From: Dudresnaya verticillata
Lineage: Eukaryota
Direction of reading: 5' to 3'
Assembly (NCBI GenBank): GCA_977862235.1
Contig: OZ374558.1
Span: 2,480,001-2,544,000, forward strand
Length of the DNA: 64,000 bases
Every line of letters starts with the position of its first letter. The stretch's first letter is position 1. The notes beneath the pieces are model-generated. The model did not search any database and was not told where the DNA came from. It worked only from the letters and a program-made list of their open reading frames with translations. Shown here piece after piece: positions 33,633 to 47,039 of this stretch. The position numbers and the translations under genes are program-made.

Positions 33633-34642
33633 GCACACGGGAAACGCTTGGTGTGTTCGTCTCTCTGGATAGATTCGGGTATACGAAAAAGGTCCTCCGC
33701 GTTTTCCGTGGCGGTGAGATCACGGGAATCGTTTGATTTGGGACGAGAATGCAACTCATACTGGCCCAGGTCCGTCATGGGAGCCTTCGGATCTTCCAGG
33801 CTACTGATCTGACTAGAACGAGAGTCAGATGTGCTCAAGTTCTTCTCTCGTATCTTCTCCATTGGAGTTTCGGATGGCGCAACGAAGGGGCATCTTGATG
33901 AACCGGGCTCGTGTGGGATGTTGAATAGCGGGTTTGGCTTCCAGGCCCTGTTGTCAAAGGAACCCTCGCTTCGGCATTTGACGAGTGTTGAAAGCTTGGC
34001 AATACTGTACGGTTCCGGCTCCATAGTAGGAAGTTGTAGCATATGCGAGCCCAATGCACTCCGTTGCGTATGTGCATGTCTCTGCAACGTCGAAATCGGG
34101 ACAGTGTCGAAGTTGCCATGCACCCACCCCACCGGACACGTCTGACGGTGCAAAAAGGGCAGCAAATAGCTTTCACCATTGCCACAGATATGTGGCTTCG
34201 GGCCTGTCGGTTGCATACGGCACAAGGTTGATCTCTTTCCGCCGATTGATGGAATCATCACTCCAGGTGACGGAGAATGTGGTGAAATCGGGTGTGATGC
34301 AGCAATAGTTCGCCGTTCCACTTGATTCGGAGTGAAGGGCGATACAATAGACGTGTGAGGTGCGGGAATTGGACGAAGTATCGGCATTCCCTGAAACAGG
34401 AGCGGTGCTGCCTGTTCCATGGGGTTGATATTACTCTGCCCAGATCCTAGCGGTGAGTAATTAAAGACAGAAGGCACAACAGTCTGGAGCGGAGCCGGGT
34501 GATATGACCCAACAGAAACGAGAGCCGAGTAGGACGGTAGCCGAGCCACTGAAAGACCTTGTCGAATGGAGAGTGGCGTGGGATCCGGGGGTGCGCCGTA
34601 CGCCCAGTCTATCTGAGAATTGAGTTGTGTCTGCGGGTGCAT
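33557..34642 (-). pseudogene. Truncated C2H2 gene copy (361 aa)
   Basis: Ends RHFESPQAE*. It has lost the last His of finger 1 and all of finger 2 at the 33574/33575 junction. Confidence 0.88.
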
Positions 34643-36624
34643 CGCGGGCCCTTATGCAGTCCTGAGAACAATCTGTGGGAGTCCCCGGGAGCAGTTGCAC
34701 TTGAATGCGGAAGTATGTACGAAACGCTTAGCTGTGATGGCCTCTCAATTCCGTCGTAGACGAGGTTGAACGAAGCTTGCTCTGCGAAACAAATATGTAC
34801 CGGTGATCCCAATAAGGCACCGCCTGGTTGTGATGCGGCAGCATCAGAGATCGCGCCACCGTCAAGAGCGGGTGTCGTCGGTGGGCCGAGTTTCCCCTCT
34901 TCCACGCGAATGGATAGTCTGGCCCGTACGCATGTGACAAGTGGAATCGGCCAGCCAATGACATTGCTTCGTGCTTTACGCCCAATATCATTCTGTAATT
35001 GGCATAAAGGACCGTTGTGGGCGGAGAGTGAGAGAGGTTACTCCGCCCGGAAGCGGAGGTGAATCTGCTTCGTGTTTACGACGCATTCTCTACGTCCTTC
35101 TGCCGCTCTCGTAAGGGTAACCGTATCGCATCCTCTCAGGCTGTACTTTGCGGGCGTTTGGCCGCCCGGTCCGCTATTTCCGACAGCCTCAGGTACCTAC
35201 CGCACTGTCAGTACCGCGTGCTGGTGGCAGTGAGAATACTATTTTCTTTCAGTCCAGAAACGTTTGCTACATTCCGGCTGCTCAGCTATCTACAGATGGC
35301 TGCTGATTTCGTGCCATGGCCTTCCGAAACAGCCCTTCTGTTCAACACCTTCTCGGCTATTCGGGAGAGGTAGAATAAGAAGGGGTCATTTCGCCTAGAC
35401 GATGCGAATGTGCCAGCCTACCTCGGGCTTCACATGCCCTAAGTGTTGGGCAGGCGCATGTTGTAAAGCGGTGGTTGTAGTTGTAGCACCGGGGAGCGTT
35501 TTGAGATTCTGGGGAGCGCATAAATGTGCAAAAACGAGCCCTTTTTGGGTGGCAACTTCCGACACGTGTAGTTTTCCCTTAGATCGCCTCCAGTAGGGCA
35601 CTCCTCGGCGGGGGGTGTTTCTGGTTATTTGATAAGTCAACTGCCTCGTTCTTTGGAGAGGAAGGTAATGTGGCCCGTCTTTTGAGTAACCTGTAGATAA
35701 CCATCACAAAACGAGAATATGGGCTTAAAACAAGCAGAAAATCAAAACAAACTTGACGTATGTTGGGTCAACGTACTCCACACTCTCAAACTGTCGAAGC
35801 GACGCTCTAGTCACCCGAACCCGCCCCAACTCGCGCGATCTGCCCCAGCTCGCACGATTGACCTACGTCAAGCGGGAGGCGGGATGAGCGCGTGGGCACC
35901 AGCAGCGCGGCGACAACCGCGGCAGCCATGGAGTCACCGTCGTTGTGCGGGAAGCTTTTCGACAAGTGGCGTCTACGCTGCCTCGCAGACTCGAGCATGC
36001 ATAAATCAGGATGCATTGAAAGCGATGCGCACGAGGTGGGCAGTATCAAGACAGAACAGGCACTACAGACAGCTCAGTTGAGATCAAGTGGAGCGCGGTG
36101 CAATGTTGAAGCAGCTGGCCATAATCCATAAAGTGCAGGCCACACAGACCGTATGTTGGAGCAACACAATCAAGTAACAGCACGTGAAGAGCAGTTGTGC
36201 CATTGTAGCGGTAGTGTCTGCGAGGCACGGCAGAGCAGGAGTTCTTTCATAGCTGCTTTGCCAGGGCCGGCACATGCACAAACGGAGGGGAAGGATGGCG
36301 CTACTGCGGAAAAGTTCTCTGCGAGAGTGCGGAACCGGTGCAGTACGCAAAGGGACAGAACTCTGGGATCCATGGTGCTCAGATACATAGTGCGAAGCGC
36401 TGAGGATACATCGAAGAAGCGGAAGGGATCGGTGTGGCAGTGCGCGCGAGCGATCGCGTACAAGAGGCAACGAGCTCGCCGGGACGCCCGACAATTCTGG
36501 AAAAGCCGGATGCAAGCCAGCTGCGAGTCTGGTGGTGCAAGGGGATTCTAAGTTACTACGGGATTGCTTCAGTTCTTGCACACAGTGGCACATCAACGCT
36601 TTGAGTACCTGGTACCGGCGCCGT

Positions 36625-37218
36625 ACCGTCGTGTTCCCGTCATTGTCCCGTCATGGTACCGCCATGGTACCTTCGTCTTCCCGTCGTCTTCCCGTCGTCG
36701 TCCCTTCGTCGTCCCGTCCTCGTCCCGTCGTCGTCCCGTCGTCGTCCCTTCGTCTTCCCGTCGTCTTCCCGCCGTCGTCCCGTCGTCTTCCCGCCGTCGT
36801 CCCGTCGTCGTCCCGTCGTCGTCCCGTCGTCGTCCCTTCGTCTTCCCGTCGTCTTCCCGCCGTCGTCCTGTCGTCGTCCCTTCGTCGTCCCGTCCTCGTC
36901 CCGTCTTCGTCCCTTCGTCTTCCCGTCGTCTTCCCGTCGTCGTCCCGTCGTCGTCCCGTCGTCGTCCCGTCATCGTCCCGTCGTCGTCCCGTCGTCTTCC
37001 CGCCGTCGTCCCGTCGTCGTCCCGTCGTCGTCCCTTCGTCTTCCCGTCGTCTTCCCGCCGTCGTCCCGTCGTCTTCCCGCCGTCGTCCCGTCGTCGTCCC
37101 GTCGTCGTCCCGTCGTCGTCCCTTCGTCTTCCCGTCGTCTTCCCGCCGTCGTCCTGTCGTCGTCCCGTCGTCGTCCCGTCGTCGTCCCGTCGTCGTCCCG
37201 TCGTCGTCCCGTCGTCGC
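36625..37218. repeat. 11-bp minisatellite, long allele
   Basis: 352 bp (32 units) longer than the first copy: offset changes from 35073 to 35425. Confidence 0.95.
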
Positions 37219-40200
37219 TCCGGTAAGTTTGCACAGGAAAGGGAAGGCTCTACAGCGTGTTACAAGCATTCAAGGCGCAAATGGCGGCGCAGCTGAGGGA
37301 ACAGCTGACGGCGCAGCTAATGGTGCAGCTGACGGCAGAGCTGACGACGCAGCTGACGACGCCAGCAGCTGACGGCGCACCGTTAATCGGCATGTCCGAC
37401 TACATTTCTACGTCCGCTGGCTGGTTGCATCGAGCGACTGTAACAGAACCTGCACAAACGGAACTGTCATCGCTTTGCGCATCACGATCAATGCGTACAG
37501 CTCTAATTGCACGCTTCGTCGAACTGTGAAGGCCGTGTTTACCATATGTGTATAATTGTTCAACGCAGATAAACGGAAGTAGAACGGATCCGTTTCCATT
37601 TTCTACTGCTGTTGGCGACCTAACACGAGAAGCTTTGCTCGCAGCAACGCGTGCAACGCGAATGTGTTCATCCATGACGCTGACTGTCGCTGTGCCATGT
37701 TGCTACGGAAATGCCACCATTTTAGTCGCCGCGCACTGCGCCAGTCGTCGCCAGTCAATCGCGCCGCAATCACACTACCGTCAAAGCATAGAAAGCAGAG
37801 AAAGCATAGTACCGTTGCGAGCCGCCTGACCAGTGCTCTTCACAGCAAGCGCTATCGCAGCCCCTTCTCGTTACCGACGCCCCCGACGCGTACGAACAAT
37901 GCGCAAATCCGTTGCTGGCATGACACGTTAAGTGACAACCATATGTGAACACAGTCGCTACTGACTGTTACTGGTGCGGCGTTAATCAGTGGTGTCCACT
38001 CCACGTAGAAAACACAAATGCGCGTCGCGTCGCACCGGCTCCGAAGCCGCGATAGCTGCGTATACTCCAGCCGCCGTCTTTGATGAAGAAACGTTCATAG
38101 CAGTGCCCTGGACAGGCTCTGTTCATCGGGTGTGTGTGTGTGGCTTGACGCCATTGTTACACAACAAGGTCAAAGAGAGTTTTGCGGACGCTGAACTCAG
38201 CGTCAAGGAGATGGCGTACAAATCGATACTACAAGGTGAGACGACGAGCCGTGATGTTGGGGATGCACAGTCGGAGCGGTGCGAGAGGCAGTGCTGGTGG
38301 CAGACAATAGGCGGACTGAAGCTGAAATGGGATTCTGGGCGTCTCCTGAATTGGGGAGAAGGATGGGTTCGATTGGCTACCGTATTTCAGGATTGCAGAG
38401 CCAATCAACACCGGCCAACACCGTACCGGCTGTTGTGCGAGCGCTTTTTGGACGGATTTCGGGCAGATAGAATTGATCCGCCGGCGGATTCTGGGAACTG
38501 CGCTGAGGGTGATGCCACCCCGAAGAGCATGTGTCCGCGCATGCATTACGCTCGCTGAGACCCCAGCAGCCGCTCCGCGCCGCCGCCCTGCCGGGTACGC
38601 AACGTGGATCACAAAACCAGTGGCCGCGCGCTAGTGCACGCCATGACGCAGCAGTTGGTCTAAGCGCTGCGCCGTCGATACTTCACCGGGATTGCGAGCA
38701 GACCGTTGGGACTGGTGAGGGGAGCTCCATGGGGAGCTCCATGGCCGAGGCAAAACGTGAAGTTCCATAAAACATGTGCTGTTCGTCGTTGGCGCCATTG
38801 CAACGGGGCGCGGCAAGATACTGAAGTCGGCGGTCGGCTGGAGGGGAAGCGGCGGCCTGGCGCAGAGACTGAGAGAGATGGGCCTTTATCGGATGTGGTC
38901 AAAATACTGTCGAGACAGATCCCGAGAACTTGCAAGCGCCCTGACGGTGGTCTGGGCGGTCCAAGCGAACGCCCTGCGAAGACTAGATTTTGAGTGCGAT
39001 GAGTTGCGGAGATGTAGGACTGATTCCCTAAATATTTCGTGAAGCATGAACGGTGCTGATAATACGGGGCGGGACTGCGGCAGCAGGACTCTTCGTGTTC
39101 AGTGCTAGAAGACATGTTCTACTTGGGTATTGGAGAGAATGAATTTCAGTACTGGGTGTTGTTGTTGCGGGAGGGGAATTTCGATGAGATCATTAGGTGA
39201 TGCTGCCTGCTCTATTCAGGTCTGGAGCTCAGAAGAATGGACGCAGATCTGGGAAAGGCTGACTAGGCGCGCATGGGTTGGCGGGTTTGGTGCGATGATC
39301 TGTTGGAGTCGGCAGCATTCAGGCGTGGGGCTTGTTTGACAGGGACGCAGTGGAGGGGCTATCGCAACACATGGGCTCTGTGGCCGGGCATGTCTACGGA
39401 TTGGAAGGGTGCTCTATTTGGACGAGGCGATGGGAAGGCGCAATTATGAAAGCGTGCGAAGCTCTTCATGGCCATACCTGTTGATATTGAGTCGGCGTGG
39501 AAGAGCGCACGAGCTGGGGCATCTGAAGGACCGAGTTGTAGCAGACGGCTATTCGGGAGACGCAGAAAAAGAGGACATCTCGCCTAGACGATGCGGATGT
39601 TCCAGCCTACCTCGGGCTTCACATGTCCTAAGTGTTGGGAAGGCGCATGTTGTGAAGATCGGATTGGAGACATGCCAGTTGAACATGAACGAGAACTGGG
39701 TAGTTTCGAGGGTCATTCCAGGTGAGTCTCTTGCATTTGGGAGTGCTTCAGCTTTCGGTGTCATTTTCGCTGACAGGAATCTGAATTTGAGGTAGTGCAA
39801 AACCTTCTTGGGTTTGGGGGGGAGGGGGGGGGGTGTGACGTGAAAGGATTGTAGCCCCTTCAATCCCGGTGGGGGATATATCAATATATATCAGATATCA
39901 CCTAGATATCTCGTTGCGGATTGATGCCGGAGTGTTTGCCCTGCCAGTCGAAAAACTGTGGAACTTGCGCGGCCGCGGTGGCGACTTGGTAAGATCACAG
40001 CACATTTACGGATAGACCAGGTCATTCCGTTGCGTTGAGCCCAGTCTTGGCAAACTTGGAGGGCAGTACGGAGAGTATGGGCCGAGTTGACGTGTCAGAT
40101 GCAGTCATCAGCGAATAGTCGCCCGGGTGTGGGGGAAGGCGGGGGCCAGCAGGCCTCATTCTCATCGCCGATTGGCCATGCGCAATTTGATCCCAGATAT

Positions 40201-40988
40201 TTCGTACAGAGCGCGGAGCGACGCTGAGCGGCAATCGCACCTGCCACCTCCATCCTGGCCGTGATCCCTCCTCAGCCCACAAGTCCCTCTACCACCTTCG
40301 TCGACCTCATGTTCTCGTCCGAGTCGCGCCAGCGCCCACCACGGCCGTGATCTACACGGTAGCCTCGTGGCCTCTCTTCGCCGCGCGCAGCCTTCTCAAT
40401 TTCTGGACCGCGTGATTCCCTGCCTGTGCTCTGGTGAAAACTTTCTTAACGTCTCCTCGCTGTCTACACCACTGGCCCAACCGCCTTCTCGCTGCGTGGA
40501 CCTCTATCTCCCGATCTACATCCTTACTTCCTCAATCCTTCGAGCTTTTCAGACGGCGACAAAAAGAGCACGTGCTCTTGAATCGTGCGATAAGCACTAG
40601 TAGTAGTACACTTTATTCAAAGAAGAAAGCTGGAGTCCCTTTGGGGGCTTAATTTCTGGCATAACGTGCTCTGCAGTCAGCGAGCCTGCGGAGATTGACC
40701 GCGACCGCTACGTATTGAAGAACAACAGTGGTCAACAGAGCGTGTTCATCTCCTTTATGCAACGTAAACGCAAAGGCACTTTATCAACTAAGATGCTATC
40801 GGTGATTCACTCACAACATACAACGACAGTGGGAAGAAATTCTATCGCTTCGTAAACTTTAAAGTCCAGAACGTATGGCGGGCATTCGGAACAGGAATGA
40901 TAAGTAAAGGATTCCTGACGAGGACGCTGCGTCTCTCCGTTATCAACAATCTGCACCTGCGCCACGAAACACAATACACCGCCAGCTA

Positions 40989-42227
40989 CTAGCCCGCATT
41001 GTTATTAATCGCTGCGGTCCCGGGGGCTCTTTTGTCGGCTGGTCCGTTATAGGGTTTGTATCTGTGTTTCCTATGGTGATGCTTCTTCAATACAGAAGCC
41101 CTGGTGGTGACCAATGAACAGCATGGGCAACCAAACCTGCGATGCTTCTTGTGGATGCTTTCAAAATGGCGCTTCATATCACCCCTGGTTCCGAATGTAG
41201 CCCTGCACGGAATGTAGGCACACGGGAAACGCTTGGTGTGTTCGTCTCTCTGGATAGATTCGGGTATACGAAAAAGGTCCTCCGCGTTTTCCGTGGCGGT
41301 GAGATCACGGGAATCGTTTGATTTGGGACGAGAATGCAACTCATATTGGCCCAGGTCCGTCATGGGAGCCTTCGGATCTTCAGGGCTACTGATCTGACTA
41401 GAACGAGAGTCAGATGTGCTCAAGTTCTTCTCTCGTATCTTCTCCATTGGAGTTTCGGATGGCGCAACGAAGGGGCATCTTGATGAACCGGGCTCGTGTG
41501 GGATGTTGAATAGCGGGTTTGGCTTCCAGGCCCTGTTGTCAAAGGAACCCTCGCTTCGGCATTTGACGAGTGTTGAAAGCTTGGCAATACTGTACGGTTC
41601 CGGCTCCATAGTAGGAAGTTGTAGCATATGCGAGCCCAATGCACTCCGTTGCGTATGTGCATGTCTCTGCAACGTCGAAATCGGGACAGTGTCGAAGTTG
41701 CCATGCACCCACCCCACCGGACACGTCTGACGGTGCAAAAAGGGCAGCAAATGGCTTTCACCATTGCCGCAGATATGTGGCTTCGGGCCTGTCGGTTGCA
41801 TACGGCACAAGGTTGATCTCTTTCCGCCGATTGATGGAATCATCACTCCAGGTGACGGAGAATGTGGTGAAATCGGGTGTGATGCAGCAATAGTTCGCCG
41901 TTCCACTTGATTCGGAGTGAAGGGCGATACAATAGACGTGTGAGGTGCGGAAATTGGACGAAGTATCGGCATTCCCTGAAACAGGAGCGGTGCTGCCTGT
42001 TCCATGGGGTTGATATTACTCTGCCCAGATCCTAGCGGTGAGTAATTAAAGACAGAAGGCACAACAGTCTGGAGCGGAGCCGGGTGATATGACCCAACAG
42101 AAACGAGAGCCGAGTAGGACGGTAGCCGAGCCACTGAAAGACCTTGTCGAATGGAGAGTGGCGTGGGATCCGGGGGTGCGCCGTACGCCCAGTCTATCTG
42201 AGAATTGAGTTGTGTCTGCGGGTGCAT
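40989..42227 (-). CDS. C2H2 zinc-finger protein, 412 aa (intact copy 2)
   Basis: Same protein as 5578-6816 except NRAW for NRTW. Confidence 0.88.
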   Translation of the reverse strand: MHPQTQLNSQIDWAYGAPPDPTPLSIRQGLSVARLPSYSALVSVGSYHPAPLQTVVPSVFNYSPLGSGQSNINPMEQAAPLLFQGMPILRPISAPHTSIVSPFTPNQVERRTIAASHPISPHSPSPGVMIPSIGGKRSTLCRMQPTGPKPHICGNGESHLLPFLHRQTCPVGWVHGNFDTVPISTLQRHAHTQRSALGSHMLQLPTMEPEPYSIAKLSTLVKCRSEGSFDNRAWKPNPLFNIPHEPGSSRCPFVAPSETPMEKIREKNLSTSDSRSSQISSPEDPKAPMTDLGQYELHSRPKSNDSRDLTATENAEDLFRIPESIQRDEHTKRFPCAYIPCRATFGTRGDMKRHFESIHKKHRRFGCPCCSLVTTRASVLKKHHHRKHRYKPYNGPADKRAPGTAAINNNAG

Positions 42228-43227
42228 CGCGGGCCCTTATGCAGTCCTGAGAACAATCTGTGGGAGTCCCCGGGAGCAGTTGCACTTGAATGCGGAAGTA
42301 TGTACGAAACGCTTAGCTGTGATGGCCTCTCAATTCCGTCGTAGACGAGGTTGAACGAAGCTTGCTCTGCGAAACAAATATGTACCGGTGATCCCAATAA
42401 GGCACCGCCTGGTTGTGATGCGGCAGCATCAGAGATCGCGCCACCGTCAAGAGCGGGTGTCGTCGGTGGGCCGAGTTTCCCCTCTTCCACGCGAATGGAT
42501 AGTCTGGCCCGTACGCATGTGACAAGTGGAATCGGCCAGCCAATGACATTGCTTCGTGCTTTACGCCCAATATCATTCTGTAATTGGCATAAAGGACCGT
42601 TGTGGGCGGAGAGTGAGAGAGGTTACTCCGCCCGGAAGCGGAGGTGAATCTGCTTCGTGTTTACGACGCATTCTCTACGTCCTTCTGCCGCTCTCGTAAG
42701 GGTAACCGTATCGCATCCTCTCAGGCTGTACTTTGCGGGCGTTTGGCCGCCCGGTCCGCTATTTCCGACAGCCTCAGGTACCTACCGCACTGTCAGTACC
42801 GCGTGCTGGTGGCAGTGAGAATACTATTTTCTTTCAGTCCAGAAACGTTTGCTACATTCCGGCTGCTCCGCTATCTACAGATGGCTGCTGATTTCGTGCC
42901 ATGGCCTTCCGAAACAGCCCTTCTCGTCTCGCTCGTGCTGCACTGGCTGATCACTTACCGGTACGATAATCAGCCGTTCCGCACGTGGAATCCTTGCCCA
43001 ACATCAACATCCACGAGCGAAATAATGAATGTTTCTCGCGGGCTTTGGGAATGGGAATATGCACCATGTATGTAGACTTCCGTAAACTTTGCACGAGGGT
43101 CTATTAAGGCTTGAGATACCAGCAATGCACTATGATAGACTTGGGAAGGAAAGAAAACAGGGAGAAACCTGGGCCCAACGAACGGTCTAGGTTTACAATG
43201 CCCCTCAGGCCCCGCCTGTTAACACCG

Positions 43228-43962
43228 TTACAACCAGCGACGCCATCCGGACCAATTCGGCTTCGTGAATAATAGGCATTTGTCAGTTGCGTTGCTAGCG
43301 TGAATCACGTGTGCTTTTGTTACGGCTTTTGTGCCATTGCCGCCACAGCCGTAACAGTCGCCCACGATAAACGTGGCTTTCGCACGCGAGCCTAAAGAAA
43401 TGCCCCAGGCAAAGAGGGGGTCCTCTAGGTGGTACGGTTCAACAAAAGCAACGACAACGGCTACAACAATTTCTTCCTTGTTCAGTGATATACTATCCCT
43501 CTTAACTGATAGTTCCATTACAAGTTCCAATGAGCACACTTACGATAGGGAATAATTGCATTAGTCTGGCTTCTGATAGCAAAGAATCTGACCAGCTCCC
43601 GCAATGCTGATCCCCCGCTTCTCGGTGCATGTGTAGTAAGAAAGAGAATTCTCTTGAATCGAAATGCCGGAGAAGAACTCGCAACTGTCTGGGCATAAGA
43701 CCCTTGAAAGATAGAACTTCTTTCCGAAGCTTTTCTCAGTGTATGTCGCAACCGGGTTATCCGGTAGCCGGTCCTCTACGGGGGAAATACAATCCAGTTC
43801 GACCCCACTCTCGTTTATCAGGACCTCGTATTCCGTAGTTTTCATAGCTCCAAGCAGAGACATAACAAAAGCATAGTCCGTGCCTTCTTCCTTGTATTCA
43901 AAGCAGTACGTCCCACGGATAAACGCGCGAGCAACATCACGATACAAGACAGTCTTTTCCAT
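43228..43962 (-). pseudogene. Possible decayed coding remnant of unknown family
   Basis: Two same-frame protein-like ORFs (133 and 103 aa) separated by stops. No motif recognised. Confidence 0.25.
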
Positions 43963-44799
43963 CCACTTGTAGCCACACAGTACAGCATCCGGGAGCTACT
44001 TTGTTTGGGATAAAAAGAAGCGACGTTGTCATTAAGGAAAGGAACACGAGGATGGAAATGGTGGCGGATAGAAGACCGGAACTGTCTCTCTGCTGTCACG
44101 TGTGGTGGCGGATTGCCACCTCGAACGTGCGGTAGCAGGTCCTTTGTGTCGCGCTTTCAGCACGAGAGGGCAGCTGTCTTGTTGTGATATGTGGATGAAA
44201 TGCTTTCACAAGACTCCCCGGAGTGCACACGTAAGCGTCGACACTTAGTGCAGCCTACAGTTTGAGACGTACAAGGTCTCTCACCACTACGGTCGTCAAC
44301 GGCACACTCTTCGCCGACTTATCTAGAAGGCCGTCACCCACGCGCTGGAGCTCCGTCAATCCGCAAAAACCAAAGCCGTTACTCAACCTCAGTGCGCGCT
44401 AATACGACTGCTCCTCGTTTCGTACCCGCGGGTGCTCTACGTTTCCCACCCTTCCCATGCCCTGTTTACTTACTGGGCCTTCAAGTCTGCTCCCTTGCCG
44501 TTAGTTGGCAAATGTCTTACCTCTGCTATCGCATCAGGCCTGGGGATGGCGCCTCAGGGCGCCCGGGCAACACCTAAGCAAAGTACTCGGATCCTTTTGT
44601 CCCAAATAAACTAGTTCTCAGGGCTCTACATCCTGCTACACTGGACAAGCTGGAACTCCAAGGTGTTGTTGTATTTTATTTGTTGTTTAATGTGGTCCTG
44701 CGTAGGCGACTTTGGCCCATTTGCTCGCACACGGTCGGTTGATGGGCGGGGAGTGATACACTACAGAGTGGGGATGTGGTAGTGGGTGGGCCTGTCTAC

Positions 44800-45000
44800 T
44801 GGGTGGCATGCGGTGAGGGGTATTCTTCGAGGCATATACGACGGATGGCTCGCAGGGCGTCGCAGACGCGGGCGTCGGCGCATGGGTCGGGGTCTTGGAG
44901 GGACAGAAGTGACAGCGTCTGTGGACGTGCGGTCGCAGCGAGGCGGGCAGCTGGACAGCTGGATGGGGCGACAATCGCCCGCCCCACGCGTTCTGGCGTT
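44800..45000 (-). mobile_element. Inverted fragment of the RLE non-LTR element at 50760-52080
   Basis: HRRCHFCPSKTPTH..ASATPCEPSVVYASKNTPH matches HRRCHFCHSKTPTH..ASATPREPSFVYASKNTPH at ~51390-51510. Confidence 0.85.
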
Positions 45001-45064
45001 TCGATTCAGCCCCAATACAATTAGTATTAATTTTGACGCAGTCCTACCTGATTCGCCCATTCGC

Positions 45065-45570
45065 TTCCTTCTCATCGCCGATTGGCCGTGCGCGTTTTGA
45101 TCCCAGATATTTCGTACAGAGCTCGGAGCGGCGCTGAGCGGCAATCGCACGTGCCACCTCCTTCCAGCTCAGCGAGATTCGGTAGAGATATCAAGCCCAG
45201 ATACCGTGTGGACATTCATAGGTCGAGATCACCTAAAAGTAACACCAACACCTCCATCCCGGCCGTGATCCCGCCTCAGCCCACCAGTCCCACTCCAGCC
45301 TCGCCAACCTCGTGCTCTCGTCCGAGTCGCGCCCCGCTCCCACCACCGCCGTAATCTACAAGGTAGCCTCGTGGCCTCTCTTCGTCGCTCGCAGCTTTCC
45401 CGATTCCCGGAGCGCCGTCACATCACTGCTCACGCGCCGCAAACACCACTGCTGGCTACCCTTGAACTCCTCGCTGTGGCCTGGTTAACGCCTACTTGAC
45501 GTCTCCTCACCGTCTACTAGACTGGCTCAAACTCCTCGCTGTGTGGGCTTCTGCCTCCCCATCTACATCG
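45065..45570 (+). repeat. Diverged dispersed copy of unit positions ~4748-5110
   Basis: Shared TTCTCATCGCCGATTGGCC, GATCCCAGATATTTCGTACAGAGC, CTCGTCCGAGTCGCGCC and GGTAGCCTCGTGGCCTCTCTTCG. Confidence 0.88.
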
Positions 45571-47039
45571 CTCCCTCGCCGACATATCAGCGGGGCAACT
45601 GGTTGCCCCGCCGCTACCCTTCTCCCTTCCACCCATTGTGACCAGAAGGTCACAGGTTGTTGACCCCTAGGCTCCCGTGTATCCCGCAGATCCCATTACC
45701 ATCATAGCCGCTTCCACCAACTCGGCAGAAATTGCGTTGCGCTACGGAATGTCAGCGAGACGAGAAAAACCTCAGGCCTCTTCATCAGACAGAAAGTTCT
45801 GTTGGTATCCAACACATCCAAATGTTATACCGATATGTCATGTACACGAGACAGGTCCGAACGTGCATTAACGCAACGTTGAGCATTTTGTACAACATAA
45901 CGTAAACAGCCAGCAAATAGCAAGCCGATGATGTACGCGACAAGGAAGCCGGTGCGATACGGTAAGACTTTCGTAGGGGATGGAGGAATCTTGAAAGGAT
46001 TTTCCCAGCCAGTCGTACGCTTTAGAAGGAGTGCTGTCCGAGTGTTTAAAGATGGAATGCAGCACATACCAGAAGAACATAACAGAACTGAAGAGTTGCT
46101 ATCCGCATGAAGTCCTGCAGGGCCAGTAATCCTTTTTCCACTCATATTGATAGGGCGCAATACGCGTACTTCATCGGGCAGTGGTAGAAGTGAAGCGATA
46201 TGGAACTTCAGACTGGCATCTGAAGATGGTTTAAGGCGAACCCCCAGAAATGCAAGCGGCTCCATCCCTAATTCTTCAAAGGAAATATCGATATCATGTC
46301 GGGCCTAACATACTTAACGGGATAGAGGAACGAGAAACAGCAGTTTCAAAGTGTTTAAATAATGGGGAACAAGGCAAGCCCCAGTATGAAGCTAGCACGA
46401 CGCTGCAGTTGAGAGCTGTTTTCATGCAAGACTAAGCATGACTTCACAAGCATGTCATGAGAACTTATTGGCACAAACGAAACAATTTTCGAAGGGGATG
46501 GGTATTCCGGACTGCGCTTGGATCGAAGTCGTGCGCTCAGACGCGAGAGTTCAGCGATTCTGGGCACGTCAATATCATGCGAATGCTAGTAAACATTTTC
46601 AAGAATGGGGCGAGCAGGTATTGCAGGCTTCTTCAGATGCAGAGGTAAATTTTAGAACGAGATCATGAGACAACTCCGTAGAATTCCGGGACTGCAACGA
46701 GAGTAATATTGTCTAAAAGCAGTGCCATGTGGGTTAAAGCCCTAGATGGGCTGACGGGGCCCAGAACATGCTCAGCAATTCAGGGGGAGACTGAAGAAGT
46801 GCTACAATACAAACTACTAGGGAACGGGGAACTCTATTAAGAAGGTAGAAGGGAGCTCTATAGAGCTCCCGGGGACAGCGGATTTTGCGCCGGTCAAGTC
46901 ACAAGAACAAGGATTGTTACGGAGACGTAATAGTAAATAGGAGTGGGCCTTCTTCCATGCGTGGTGAATAGCTTGGGTGAAGTTTTGTTGATGGCTATTT
47001 TATGAGGTCACAGGGGTGAAACACACTGGGCCAATTGAA

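Larger units (their letters stand above)
33575..42924. repeat. Block B of the C2H2 amplicon (period 7585 bp)
   Basis: C2H2 starts at 34642 and 42227. Period = 7247 + 352 (minisatellite) - 14 (poly-G). Ends after CAGCCCTTCT at 42924. Confidence 0.97.

Noticed and set aside
36532..37372. Long ORFs encoding PSSSRRRPVVV or DDDGTTTGRRR repeats
   Set aside because: They result from a stop-free 11-bp minisatellite read in every frame. Length changes between copies shift the frame.
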